Shown in pieces: positions 24,601 through 39,270 of a stretch of 64,000 nucleotides of DNA. Numbering within the stretch: position 1 is the stretch's first letter; every line of letters begins with the position of its first letter. The stretch spans positions 10,044,001 through 10,108,000 of the forward strand of contig OZ059894.1 in assembly GCA_964057225.1 (NCBI GenBank), in the 5' to 3' direction. The stretch is from Auanema rhodensis. Taxonomy: Eukaryota > Animalia > Nematoda. Made by a program: the position numbers and the translations under genes. Under the pieces are notes generated by a model. That model ran no database searches, was not told the origin of the DNA, and saw only the letters and a list, made by a program, of their open reading frames with translations.

Positions 24601-27600
24601 ACTGACCAATAGAGAATATCAGTATATGAAGTAGAAGAAGAAGAAGATGATGATGATGAAGATGAAACTCCTCTGTTAACAACATTGATTCAGATTATCT
24701 AAGTATAACAACAAGGAAGGAAAAAGGCTAGTTTTAGTACTTAGAAAAGCAAATATCCTCATGCAAATTGACCATTAGTTTAATAAAAATAAAAAAAGAA
24801 AGAAAGAAATAGTATGTTCTTATTAAGAAAATGATTAAGAGAGAGAAAAAGAAGGAGGGAGATGTAGAGGAAGAGAGAGAATGTTAGAAGATGAAAGATG
24901 AAAAACATTATCATTCAAATTTTTTTTTTGTTTCTGTATCAGAAAATACAAATGGAAATTGACATAATTATCTTCTTTAATTAGAAAACATTTCATTCAC
25001 ATGTACTATTGAAGTCAAAAATTCCTAAAAAAATGATGTGAGAAATGTATATATAGATAGATAGAGGTAGTAGAGTGTTATATGATTTACGAGAGATTGT
25101 CCTTGAGTCGTCAAAACATAAAAATTCTTAGTTTATCTATTGTGTAATAGAAACTATAAACTGCTTCATATTACGAGATAATCAATTCAAATTAACAAAT
25201 TCAAATTGTATTTGTGGAAAAGAAAAATATGTTTTTTAGAAATATAATTTGAAAAGATTATAAGGGAGTAAGAGAGATAAGGAGAGGAGGAGGAGGAGGA
25301 GGAGGCGGAGGAGGAGAGAGCGGCATCGACAGAAGAATGTATGAGAGGGAGAGAAGGAATAGCCTGTACATGTATGTATGGATATTATATTCAACTAGTT
25401 TATATGTATTACTATATGAAAATATTGCCATGTTAGGGTCATTTGAGAGGTTTCGCATGTTATCCGGATAAACTTTTTTTTTTTTTATGTTGTAAAACAT
25501 GTTTAGTAAGCTTTACAGAGTTTTTTTTAGCGGAAGAATGCTAAATATTCCCTCAACAACTATATTTTTTTTGCGAAAATGTATTTGTCTTTGTATTTTT
25601 GGCACAACGACTCTTCATAGGATGTTTGAGAAGAAATGAAGTAGTTACGATCTTGTGAACGTTCACGTGAGCAAGTTATAACAAACATTTTCAAAGAAAA
25701 GACAGAGATCAAAATCATACTGAGCTTGCTAGGCGGTAAAACTAAAGGAAATGAAAGAATGAGAGAAAAGCACTTAGTATAGACAATACACAAGCAAATG
25801 TGGTATCCGGAGTTACGCTTCTATATGGTGGTTGGAGCAAAAGAATGGATGAGAACTATGCAACAAGAGAGGGAGAGGCTGGAAAATGGGTGTAAACAGG
25901 ATGATCCACAGTCAGATACCCACAAAGAATCTGTCTATAAGAATCGAGAAGGCCAATTGGTTTGAGAATTGTATTGTCCTCTCTTCACACTCAATAGAAA
26001 GGTGAGCAGGACAAAGTAGGCGGAATAATTTTTCTACATCCCTCGGAGAAAAGACTAAGGAAAGAGAACGGAAAGAAGAGACGACGAGATCCCGGAGATG
26101 ACAGAGAAATGAGGTGAGATGAGAATATGAAGGTGTTGCTGATGATGTTAACGCCAATTGTGGTTTAGATTGAGATGACATCGAACACAATACAAACGCA
26201 AAATGATTGACGCAACTTCAAACTCGCAAGAATTGACAGTTGGAAACAGTCGTTTCCAACGGTTTTCAACAATAAAATGTTCAAAGTTTCTACATTTGTT
26301 ACTGTTTGGCATAGTACTTCTGTATTTAAACCCAATTAGATGTATATTATAAGGATGAAAGAGAAAGAAAATGGAGCATAAGTTGATGACCTGACCCTTA
26401 ATAACCTTTTTGACGGTCATGCAATGGCTTTTCTCATCTCCCCTCATTTGACCTGTCTTATAGTTACATGTAGAGAGAAAGAGAAAAGACAAGAGATGTG
26501 CTATGAATTAGAAATTAATTCAAAAGGCCGCTATGAACTTTGAGCTGACGTAAAAGAAAGAGAAACGAACTAAAAGATGAATATTGTGGATGTTGAAGCG
26601 AAAAAACAAACAAGAAATCCATGCAAGATTGAGGAAATAAACGAAAGCTAACAGAGCTAGTAGTACTTCTTGTGGTTCAAGTTGAAAAGAAAATGAAGAA
26701 GAAGAAGAAGAAGAAGAAGAAGACGTTGTTTGTATAATAACAACACCATCAACAACAGAGAAATTCACTATTTATGGATAAGAAACTGAATTGAAGGTTC
26801 ATTGATATTGTAAAATACAATTATCTTTGAAGACATAATATAGATACATCCATATAATGACAATTTCAATTTAAAAGCTTTTTCTTTATCCAATATAACT
26901 AACTAACTATTATATTGTATATGATACCAGTTAGATGTTATGTAAATACAAAACAATGATGGTATTGATGATGCTGCTGTTGCTTCGTCTGTTGTAAGTC
27001 TTTAACATCGATATCGTTGTCATTGATGGTATTGTTAAGAGATGAGGTAGAACAAGAGAAGAACAACAACAAATTGGATTTAAAGAAAATAAACTTTGAC
27101 ATTGAAGAAATTCATAAAATAGTTATAAGATATTCGTTTCAATGGAAGGGAAGTGAGGGATTTTGAAGAGAAAAAAAAGGGAAAAGTAGAAATGATGAAA
27201 AGAATGAGATAGGGAGAAAGAAAAATGACAAAATGAAGAAATATTCAAATTAGAAGCATGTAGATAGTTTAGTTTGTGTTGAGAAGGAATCAGAATTTAA
27301 ATATGTATAATGTAGGGGAAAAACGAAATTTTAGGAGAGAATTATCAGAATGAATTGAGTGAAAACGAGTAAGAGCTGGTTTGAGTTGACATACATATCA
27401 TCTAAATCTGGTAAAAAATAGATTTTCGAGAGATTATAACATGAAAAATGGATAAATGTTGTTAGCAGGCCGACGAAAATGAGAAAGGAAAATTCAAAAT
27501 CGGCGTATGAGATGAGTAAGATAGATAGGTATATCAAATGGAATATTACTAATTGGTCTTGAGACATTTCATATAAATTTTCAAAAGGCTTTGCTTAAGT

Positions 27601-28820
27601 TCAAACTTGTCTAGTTGATAGCGATAGACAATAAAGGAGAAATTGTATATGAGACAGCTAGTTCTTCTTGGCATAGTAGAATACGAAGTATTATAAATTA
27701 GTTTTGGGTGTGTCTATGCGACGGAATCTTCAGATGGCTGTCAAAGCACTATCACGTGTTGAAATCTGCTAGCTGGCGTTGATGATGCCTCAGAATTTGA
27801 GTTTGGAGGACGACGTATCAGGGAGATGGAGGTTAAGGGGAACGAAGCCTCGAATCTGTTGAATCGCATCGCCTTTCATCTTCATTTGGGTGGCAGAAGA
27901 AGGCTATGAAATCAAATAACAGATTTCATCGAGTTAATCAAGCGACATGAGCAGATAGCGATCTGTAGAAACCCACACGAAGCTTTCCTGGTTAACTTCT
28001 TCTTGGCTAATCTAGCCAGCTAGCAAAGCCGCACACACATACACAGCCATAAAGTTGCTTCTCTTCAGAAAGTTGATGGCATTGTAGCGGCAAATAGTTT
28101 CGGTATTATTCGAAGTTTCAATTGCAACTTTAAATAGAGAATAGAAACATTTTTTTAGCTATATATGCTCAAAAGGTATATGTTCAAATAGAAAATAAGG
28201 AGAATTTAAAGAAAAATAAAATGAAAAGTTGGATAATCATTATGCCTAATGAATGAACGACAAATTAGGAGAAAAGCAGGTTTCATCTGTTGCTTTTTGC
28301 TTCCTTTTGCCTCTTCATTCATTAAAAAAAAAGAATTTCTGATGAATACGACAACCTTTATGCTAATTTGAAAAGTTTCTTTTAAAAGAAAAATCGAAAA
28401 TCTTCTAACCTTTCTAAGCTTACGGTTATGATGAGTGACATCCTGTTTTCGAAATGAACTTTACTTCAAAATGGTTTAGCCAATAATCATCGGAAGAGGA
28501 TGCAGATAGTAAATATTAATGGATAAGTAGTAAGATTTCCGACGACTTGTGACTGACGACTTTCAGATTGTTCTTCAGAACAGAGAATCGAAACAACCGT
28601 CACCAATAGGACAAGGCCAGAGGGGACAAATGGACACACAACAGATGAAGTAGGTCGGGACGAGGTGCAGAATGAGGTGGATGAACACAAAAAATAATTG
28701 AAAAACACCTTCTGTAATTTAATTTTTAATTTTAAGAAATTCATAACGAAAACGATAGTTCAAACAGAATGTTACATGAACAATGTCAATCACAATACGC
28801 TAAAAGGAACACTCCTAGCA

Positions 28821-28872
<52 letters not shown>

Positions 28873-31800
28873 AAGTTATTGCGACTAAGAGGGATGGATA
28901 AGAGTTTGTGACACAAGTAAATATTCATCAAGAATGAACTTGGAATATTCAAAGTATGTATTTATTTCTGTTCATTCGGTTCAAATTCCACGAAAAATGT
29001 CGATGACAAGCGATGATTAAAGAATGTTCGATACGAGAAGCTGAGCAAGCATCAAAAAATTGTGGAAAAGGCAATGAAATTGATGTGAAAAATTAAATAT
29101 TTTTACATGTTATTGTAAAATATTTTATAATTTTTAAGAAAATGCTAATAATTGATTGAAGTTGATGTTCCTAATTTGAGAAGAAAAGCAATATGGAAAT
29201 GTCTCATCATTTTTAGATGAAAATATTGTATTTAAGTAAAGAATTTAAAATATAATATGAATAAATTATAATAATTCTTATATTATATTATATATAAACA
29301 ATGATAATATTATGATATCTGATAATCATCATAATGTTTCTGATGATGAAGATAATGATGACCAAAACGACAAAAATGATGAAGAAATGACGAGGAATTG
29401 CTATAGTATGGAGAGGAACGAGAACCACATTCCAAACCATATTAAGCTGAATGAAGAGAAGCTAGACGATGTGAGAAACATTAAGTTATAATAGGAATAA
29501 GCAAGTTATATAAGTTAAAAGACATATTTTAAGCTTTTAACATGACCAACATGTAAGTTGTAGCATTGTCTTCTATCTAAAAGATATGTGTTTGAACATC
29601 AAAAGGATATTCTCCCATAAGACATAGCCTTGTCCATCGAATGACAAGTTATGTTAAGCTTACAACTTATCACAATTGTTCAAACTTAGGTCTGCCATGT
29701 AGCCATTGCTGATTGTTGTCAGTTTTGGGATAAACAATTTAGTTATCGTGCCTGAAGAATGCTTTCTATGAACTAAAAGGGTGAAAACATAACTGATTTT
29801 GAGTGTACAGAAGGGGGCTGGTGGAGGTTGTTGGAGACATGGTTGTGCTCATTCATCCAGATGATACTATGAATAACCGTTCAACGAAATATTAATACAA
29901 GAAAGGTGTTTTGATGAAAGAAAAAAAAGAAAAAAAAAGAGGAAAGATTGTAGCCAAGGTTAACAGTACAATGATTGTTCGTAGTAAGTCAGTTAGTTAG
30001 TCAGAGAATGGATAAAGAATGGATTCATCATATAATCATCATTATCATCTGATTGAGCCGAACAAAGACGACGACAACGACGACAGAAAGGCAAATAGAA
30101 GAAGAAAGATTGAAAGATAGATAGATGAGAGGGAAATAAATCACAAAAAAAAGAGAATAATATGCATAAATCAAGGAATAAGAGTATGGAAATTCAAAAG
30201 AAAAATTTCAAATAGATCGTACCTTTTCTCGCGACAACATAGTGAACAGGATTGGGTGCGTGCCAATAACACGGGTGGAGTGATGACCATTGGAGGGCTG
30301 AAATAGAATAGTTTGTATAGTTATAGTAATAGTTTGACAGATGAAATGCATATCAATGTGCTAATATATGATTAAACTTACTTATAGACCGATGTACTAT
30401 TCTCTTTGCGTGTACTTCTACGTCGAAGTAACTTGCTTTTCTTGCTTCCTGATGATGCAGCTTCGGACTGTTGTTGATTTTGCTGTTGAAGAATCATTAA
30501 CGATTCGTCTGGAGCCATGATCCTGTAATCGAATAATCATCATGAGCATCCCTCATTCCCGTGATTTTCAGCTTTTTTTTGGATTCAAAAACCAGATGTT
30601 CAACGAATAGTAAGCACAACGTACCGATAGTTTCTTCGTTGAAGATGATTACTTCGCCGTCTGCGCAGCACTGGTGTGTACGTCATCAGCGGAGCTTCAG
30701 GAGTGCTAGTTACATCTCTTTCTACAACAAAACAAATGAAAGAATACTGTTTTCTAATTCTAGCTCATCCTCATGAACTTACCTGTCAACGTGTGCGTTG
30801 ACGAATCTTCGCTTAATGCTAAACTATTCTCCATCGGAGATCTGAAAATATATGCTCATAATATGCTAATTTTCACGTAATTAAAGAGCACATACGTGGA
30901 TTTGCGACGTGCAATAGCACTTGAAGTAGTCGTCGTCATAGCTATTGTTCGATGGTCGTCGTTTACGTTTTCTTCGTCCAAGTTATCATAGTTGTCCGAT
31001 TTTTCTGACGACGACGGTGACGCTAAGTCGATGCGAGAGCGATAGCCTAAAAAGGATAAATGATCAGTAATAATGAGAGATTAGCCAATTAATTAATGAA
31101 TTATATCATAACAAACATATAAAACATATTTTAAATGGAAGAATGATAACTATATGTATAGTTAATATGGTCAAATCGTCTTTATAAACAGTTAAAAGGT
31201 CATTTTCTCTCTATCAAATTCTCGAACAAGTTCAAAGTTATGTATCAGGGACAAACTTGAAACTTACAACTTCTAATTGATTTCCATATATTATGTATAA
31301 TATGCATAACAGATTCTGTGTTGTAGACCAAGAGGAAGAGGAGGGAAGTTACTTATCCGGCAAAGCCGGTATATGAGGCAGTTTCAAATATGGTCACAAG
31401 TGGCAGCAAGCTTCAAGAATATTGCTGACTCTTATTCTCTCATGAAATCTAATCTGGCTTCAACCTCCTCCATATTATGGAAATTTTCTCTTGTTTTCCT
31501 AATATTATAATTGGATATGTGACTAGCTAGAGCATGAAATAGATCATGCTTCACATCAATCTGTTCTTAGTTTACCCTTTTCCATCTCTCTCTCAGCCTT
31601 TCTGTTTCTCAGATGTTGAGGTTGACAAGCATTGCGGTGTTCATTACCTTCGATGGATTTGCTAGTGAATTCTCTATTTCTCTCTCTTTCACTCTATCCA
31701 CCTTCAAAAGATTAGATAGATCTCGAATGCAAAGGACATAGCTTTTGCCAGATCGTCATGTTGTAAGTAACATGAGATGTCTTTGACCAACCGGCCTGAC

Positions 31801-34800
31801 CACCCGGCTATGTGTCTTCATCTGCTCTTGTCCAGCATGCACTTATGGTGCAAGAAAACTTTAAAAAAACCTTTAAATGACTGATATTTCGGGTAAAATT
31901 CGAGTAAATTAGCTGAGATCAAATCTTCAAAGTTCACATCTCACTCGATCAGTTCTAATTCAATGCATCTACAGTACAGAGAGTTTCGTTGTTGTAAGGT
32001 AAACAAGACTCAAAATTCAAAAAAAAACAGAAAGAAAGAAAGGATCATGTTTGAATTTGGGGTGAATAAACTTCTTAAGAATTTAGAAAAGTAACAAAGA
32101 ATATTGAGAATATTAACTATATCATATAGTATATATGATTATTTATATATTAATAGATAAATTCTCAATCTGATATTATATTGACTATGTGTATAGTTAG
32201 AAATAAATTACGAAAACGTTCTGGAAGAGAAGTGATAGTTAAGAGAAAAGAAGAAGGAAAACTATGATAAGATCATCTGTCGTTTAGAGAGAGAAAGAGT
32301 AAGAAGAAGAAGGGGGAATGATAATGAAGAAGAAGAATATGGAAGACAGAAACAGAATAAATGACCTTACAACGGATAATTTTTAATTACATAACCCAAT
32401 AGATGAATACATCTGTTAAGATGATTATATAAAAAAATTAATTTTCTTCATTTTTTTGGAAAAAAAATATTAAAAACTTGAAATTTTGATCGAACTAGGT
32501 GTAACACTGAGTGCTCTCTTAGTCTATGCTTTCTTAATTAATTTAAAATAGATAGGAGAGCACGATTCCAATAAAAAGTTGAAGAGAATTTACGAGGTTA
32601 GTTTGGTTTTTAGAAGAAAAAAATTAAAAAAACGATAAAAAGTTAGAGAAAACCTGAGAGAAATGAAGCTAAATTGAGTGAAAGAAGTGTGTGTAGTGAT
32701 AAAAATTTTGTTACAGGATTGAGAGATGGCTAAGATGAGATAAAAACGACTGGAGAAAAATGAGGAGAAAAGCGAAACGTTGAATAGATCAGGTAAAGAA
32801 ACGGAAAAACTTGAGTAATAACTCGGATAAACAATACGAAAACAACGTTAACAACACCACAAAATAATAGAAAAACAATAAGAAAAGAAAGAAGAAGAAA
32901 AAAGAAAACAGAAGGAATAATCAGTAACTTTGTAATAGCAAGCATAGTTAAGTGAGGAAGATGTATTTGAAAAAGCTTCAGGTATTCATGTATAGTTAGC
33001 ATAGTTTGAGAACTAAAAGGAAGAGAGGTGGAGAGAAGGAGGGGGAAGGGTCTGGTAAGTTAGTGATTAGAATAGTCAAATTCATTTGATCTTGTTGATT
33101 AAATGGAAAACGTAGTTGATTGAGCAGAATAGAATTAAGTGACAGGAATGAGAAGAGAGAGAGAGGAATGCAAGTGGAAAGAATTTGTATGAAGGCTAGC
33201 CGAACAGCGAACATAAGGCAAGAAGAGTGATCCGGCACGGAGATGAACCGATAAAGATGCTTCGGAACAGATTGTAGTCGTTTTTGGAGGTTCGACAGAC
33301 CATAATTTGGTTAGTATAATGCGGTAAATGAGGATGGAGAATGAGCTCTTGAGGTTAATGGTAAGGGAAAAATGTTTTTTTTTATTTCTGGGAAGAAAGA
33401 CCTATTACGAGTTGAAGCATACGGAAGAGACAATAAGGCTCAACAGACAAAAGAGTATCCAAAGATGGCACGGATGTGCTCTAAGCTACTTGAATTAAGG
33501 ACGTTATGTAGTTTTTGCTTGTTCAGGATGATAGCAAAATCAGAGAAAAGGCGAGAATAGAAGATTATTGAAGAGAAATGGAGGGAAATAGAGATGAAGA
33601 GGGAAAGAAAGAGAGAGAGAGAGACAGGATATCCATAGTAAACGAGATATGCATATCTTGTTCCTTTCTGTCTGTTACTATCTAAGCATTACATATACAC
33701 TTAGTGGCCAGTGATTTCTTTGATGACCGTGAAGTCTCTTCCATCGGCCAGCTATTTACCTCATTTCGGGCTTCGACTATGTCTGTTGCTCACATTACAA
33801 CGGTTTTTGCGCCATGGGTTTGAAAGAGTGTGAGGGAGTGATGAAAGAAATGTAGAAGAGAGAGAGAGAGATGGAATGAAAGAGGTAGTTAACAAGAGAA
33901 ATGGAGATATGAAGTTATCGAAACGACGTAATCGAGCACATATAGAGAGAAAATGAAATGATAATGAGGGAGAGAGAGAGAGAAAACATGTCAGAGAAAT
34001 TCATTGAGTGATTTCTGTTGTATGAAGATTTGAATAAAAGCTGTTGGCAACTCTGTATGCACCGATTACTATATTCAATACAAGAATAATCAATGTAACT
34101 TGTCCAATTCAATCATTTTTATTGGAAATTCTCCTCAATTTTAACCAAAAAATTGATTTTGAAACGAAAATGAAAACATATACGAATAAGTTGAAAATCA
34201 TGTTATGAGGAAAGAAGAGATTGGGGGGGGGGGCGGAAGCTTATGAAAGTTCGAAATGGATATTACAAGAGAAACAGAGGGAAAACTTTGGCAATGGCAA
34301 CTTAGGAGGTCTCTCTTAAATATAAAATTGAAAAAAAAAGAAAAAAAGAATAAAGAAAAGTTAAGTAAGAGAGAGAGAGAAAATGCGAGAGAATGTGAAT
34401 GAGAGAGAAATGGAGATAAAGGCGATAAAAGTAAGAAAAACTAGAGATGAGTCCCGTGGGTGACGTGATTACGGGTTCTTGGCACGAAAAACGACAAGTG
34501 TCCCTCGGTTTGCCAGTACCAAGGTTTGCAAGTGGCTTCTTCTTGTGCCTTCTGTTGAAAAAGAGGTTCGTTCAACAGCTGACATAAACTAGATGAAGGT
34601 GGACAAGGCGAAGAAGAAGAAGAAGAAGAAGTCGAAAGTTTGATATCTAACTACAAGCATGATCTTGCTTTGTAGTTGTTTTTTTGGGAAAAAAGTAGCA
34701 TTTGAGAAGAAACATAATCAAATATTTCTTTGATTTTCAAATCAAGTCAATGATAATCATGACCATAAAAGATGATAATGATGAAAAGGATCATAAGCAA

Positions 34801-37800
34801 TTCAAATGATAATATCAAATTAAATTCGAGTCGAAACCATAAAAACTATTGAAAATAAGAAATAATTTCATGAAGAAATGTCATTAACGACTGAATTTGG
34901 ACAAATAGTCATCTACAACTATGAAACTGAGATCTAATATTCTTCAAAAGCTATGACTAAGTAGACAAGAGGTAGAGAAAATGATTGGTTAAACCTTATT
35001 TGAAGCTTCAAATCACATGAAAGCTTTCGGTTTCACTTTTCAAAATAGAAAAAAAGCTAAAAAATGAAGAAAAACAGCAAATTGCTTGCATGAAAAGCAG
35101 ATTTTTTTCTTCGAAAACTAGCTAGAATTCAGTTATACTGGACGGCCGGCATTGATATTCGTTGTAAGTTTGGCAACGCTGGATAACTTATGGAAATAGT
35201 TATTCACGTGCTCAATGACGTCCGTTGGAATGTTTTTAGATCAGGCCGCAAAACTAGAACTTTCTTATGAATAGTGCCAAAGAGATTTTAGCGGATAATT
35301 CAGAAGAAGCAACTCGCGACGACCGGAAGTAGCGCGACGATGGATGTGACGGAGGGGGGATGAGGATGAGGATGAGGAATATAAGCAGACAAGCATAAGC
35401 AGAAGAAGAAGAAAAGATGCCAGAAACAGGAAAAAATGTGAAACAAGGCCGATCTGAGGAATATTTATACGTTGATTTTGCTTCTATATAAGAGAAAATA
35501 ATCAAAATTCTTGAGAGAGAGAGAGAGAGAAGGTTTGTATAGACAACGACGGAAGATTACAGCTTTAAAGCTGTATAAAGTCGGAAAAATTGAAAAAGGC
35601 ATTGAAATCAAAACATTTCTTCCTTTTATTTGAGACAACGATGGCAAAAAAAATGGAAAACGAACAGAGACCATAAAGAATATGACCATTGGCCTACTGA
35701 GTAAAACATAGCTTACTAATATGGGAGTCTGATGAGCACAAGCTGCTGCAGAAGAAGCAAATGTGAAGTTTTTGCGATCCATTCATCATGAACGATGTTG
35801 TACACCAAATGGGAGAAAAAGAAACAAGAATTAAAGTATTTTGAGCGAGAAAAAATGCTAAAAGGAGAGGTTTTCACATCATACACAGCCAACTATCATT
35901 ATGTTTATCAATGAAGTAACAACATCTGAAGAATTACGTGAATTCAGTACACTTTTACGTGAAACTTTACGTGATATTCTAATTTGAAAATAATCTACCA
36001 TAAGACAATGAAGTGGATTAGCTGAAGATGTGATGAGAAAGAGTAGAAGGGAGGTATAGATAGAACAAATTTATGATGATTGAAATCGAGAATATTTTCA
36101 GTTTTTAAAGAATAAAAAACAAAAAGAAATTAGTATATAAGTAAACAAACGTATTTATATGTATATATTTAGCTTAAATAGAAGAGAAGGATATATAGAG
36201 GATAGAAACAGCATCATTAAACTGACCAGTCACTAGGGAATAACTAAGATGATCGAAAAAATTGGAAAAAAAGAAAGAAAAGAGAACACATAGATAAAGA
36301 TAGATGAATAGCTTGTATAACTTTATCATATAAGACAAATAAAAACTAAAAATTATAATTATAATTAAAGTTAGATATAGAAATGAAGAATTATAAAGAT
36401 AATAGCTTGTGAAGTGGCTTAAAACGGTCAGAAATGGGCTTGACTGTTTAAATTCTGTAGTCTTTGTTGACAGAGACGATGACGAGAAAACGATATTGAA
36501 TATCAATTAAGGAGATTCAAATATGAACTATAAAGAGATAAAGAGCTCTTGAAGCTATATGAAACTCAAATTTTCCGAATGAAAAGTATCAAAAGCATAG
36601 ATAGTTGAGACATAGAAAGCAGATATCATAGGTAGTAGACATAGAGGATATGTATGTTTCAGGCAAGATTATAAGAATTGAACTCATTATTTCAAGTTCA
36701 ATACATTTTGCGCCTTCCTTAATAATTATTAAAAGAAGAAAAATTATATAAGAATAGATGGAAATAGACAAGGATATAAGAGGAAAAAGAGGGAGAAGAG
36801 GAAGAAAAAGATGAAGAAAGTCAAAGAAAGAAGTGAGGAATGATGATTTAGATGAAACTTATATACTATTACCATCACTTTATACTTTTATAAAAATATA
36901 TTCAAAAACAAAAGGATATGATAGAAGATCCTAAGCTTACCGTTACTATACAAGCTGATGTCAAGTTGCAGAATAGATGGGAATGGATATGGCTTGCTGA
37001 ACAGCATAATGATTAGTGTTCAAACAAGGTGAATGGCTAATGGGAAAAGAAAAGATGGGTGATGGTTGGGTTTAAAAAAAGAATAAAATGAAACAGGATG
37101 ATGATACTAAGTGAAACTATAAAAAGTTTTTGATCAGCTTTAATTTGAAAAAGAAACAAAAAAAGAAAAACATGACAGAGAATAGAAGATAGAGAGAGTA
37201 AGTAAAAGGATGAGAGTCAATACATAAACTACTGGTGGTTACGAAGAATATAAAAGCTTCAAGAGAATGCTTCTTCTAGAAAAAGAAACATTAGCACTAC
37301 GTCAAAGATAATTTACAAGAATCATTTATTGACCTTTTTGCTTGCTTAATGTTGTTTTTAGTTTCAACATCAACTGTTGCTAAACAAGGAAATTCATTCG
37401 TGTAAAGGTGTAAAGATTCTAATCGTTATCTAACATCATCTAATAGAAAATGAACAAGTAACAGATTTTCATTAAGTAAATAAAGAATATATAAAGAGAT
37501 TAAACTTACAGTAATTAAACAGATTTAACCAGAACATCAAGCTTTATAGCTATCTATTTGCGTTTGTGGGTGAGGTAATAAACAGCAAAAAATATACATA
37601 GAGAGAGAGGGGGGGGATAGAGAGGGGTGAAGAAGGGGATGAATGAATGGAGCAAATGGATAAAAGAAAAGATTATAAAGCATCATTATCACTTTAGAGC
37701 TTGTAGCCACGTGATGGAATAGCATTTTTCTGAAGAAAAAAAAAGAAGATCAAGGTAAAGTATATTTAAGTGGAAGTTTTGGTTTTCATCTCAGGAATGT

Positions 37801-39204
37801 TCACGCTCTTTTTAACAAATTCTAAAAATAATATACAAAAGTAAAGAATCAAAGGTGATAAACTACAATATGCCGTGAATTTGTAAAATAGAAAGAAAAA
37901 TGAAGATGAGATAGATGAAAGAGAAAAAGATGAAAAAAAACTATTCAAGAGGGTAAATATGAAAATTTGTATCTGAATGTGATGATGTACTCTTAAGTGT
38001 CAAACTTAGAATGTTTAACAAGATGTTTTAAGAGGAAAATCTTCACAGATACACGTGTACGATCAGGTTGACGTGAGCTCCGTAATGTTGGTCAGATAGT
38101 ATGTGAGATATGTGGACATCAGTGATTAGAAATCATACGGCACATCTTTGAGCTTAAACGTCAGAGAAATGAAGAAAAGATTGTAGTGACGGGAGGGGTG
38201 GGGTGGGGTAGAGTAGAGGATATGTGATAAGCAATTCGTGGGTCTTCACAGAGATTCAGCAAAAACAACGACAAATAGATGAAGGCGGCGGACTGTCGAC
38301 AGCGCATGAATCGACAGGGAGGGTGTGGGGGAGATGCGAGGCTAACAGATGAGATGGACGGTGAAGTCAGATATGAGGACAAATGGTTGAAGATGATAGT
38401 AATGAGGAGGATAAAAAGAAAAAAAGCAATGTGGATAAAGATAGAAAGGAATGGAAACTAAAGATGTTTTATTAGACGAGAAAACAGAGAAAAAGAAGCG
38501 CGCAACTCTTGAAGTCATCACTAAGCTCAAGTTGGAACAAAAATGAAATGACAGAATAGATGTATCGATAAGTTGTGTGAGAAAAAAAGAATCTAAAACA
38601 AACGTTAGAATGAAACTATAAAATGAACTAACATGATGAGAATGATGAAGGAGCACAGTAGGTGGCTGAGAAAAGAAAAAGAAAAAACAAAGCCAAATCG
38701 TCTTTTAAAGAAAATCAGAAAAAAAAATAGAAAAGTGATGAATGGTTCAAGAATGAAAAGTAAATTCAAAACCTTATATGTATGAATGTTTTGATCAAAT
38801 AAAATAAATAAATAAACAAATAAATAAAGTAATAGAAACAGAATAATGGGCTTTTTTTGGTAAAAAAAAACGTCTGAGATAATCCATAAATGGATATGAA
38901 AAGGCAAGGTCATCAATGGGAAAAAAAGTTAAAATAGCAAATAATACTTGTTGTTTATGAATAAAATTCACAGAGATTTGTATAAAATCTCATCTTTTTG
39001 CCTTTAAAGTTCAGAGAGAAAAATTAGAAAAAAGAGAGAAAAGAGTGAGGAAGAAGAAAAAAGCAGATGAGAAAAGGTCAGGTAGAAATATGTCTTTGAA
39101 TTGAAATTCCTTGAGAAGAATTGTTGAAAGAAAATTGTATTAAACATTGAGAATATGATACAGAGAGAGTTAATTCTATAAGATTGGAGAAGAAAATAAG
39201 AGAA

Positions 39205-39270
<66 letters not shown>

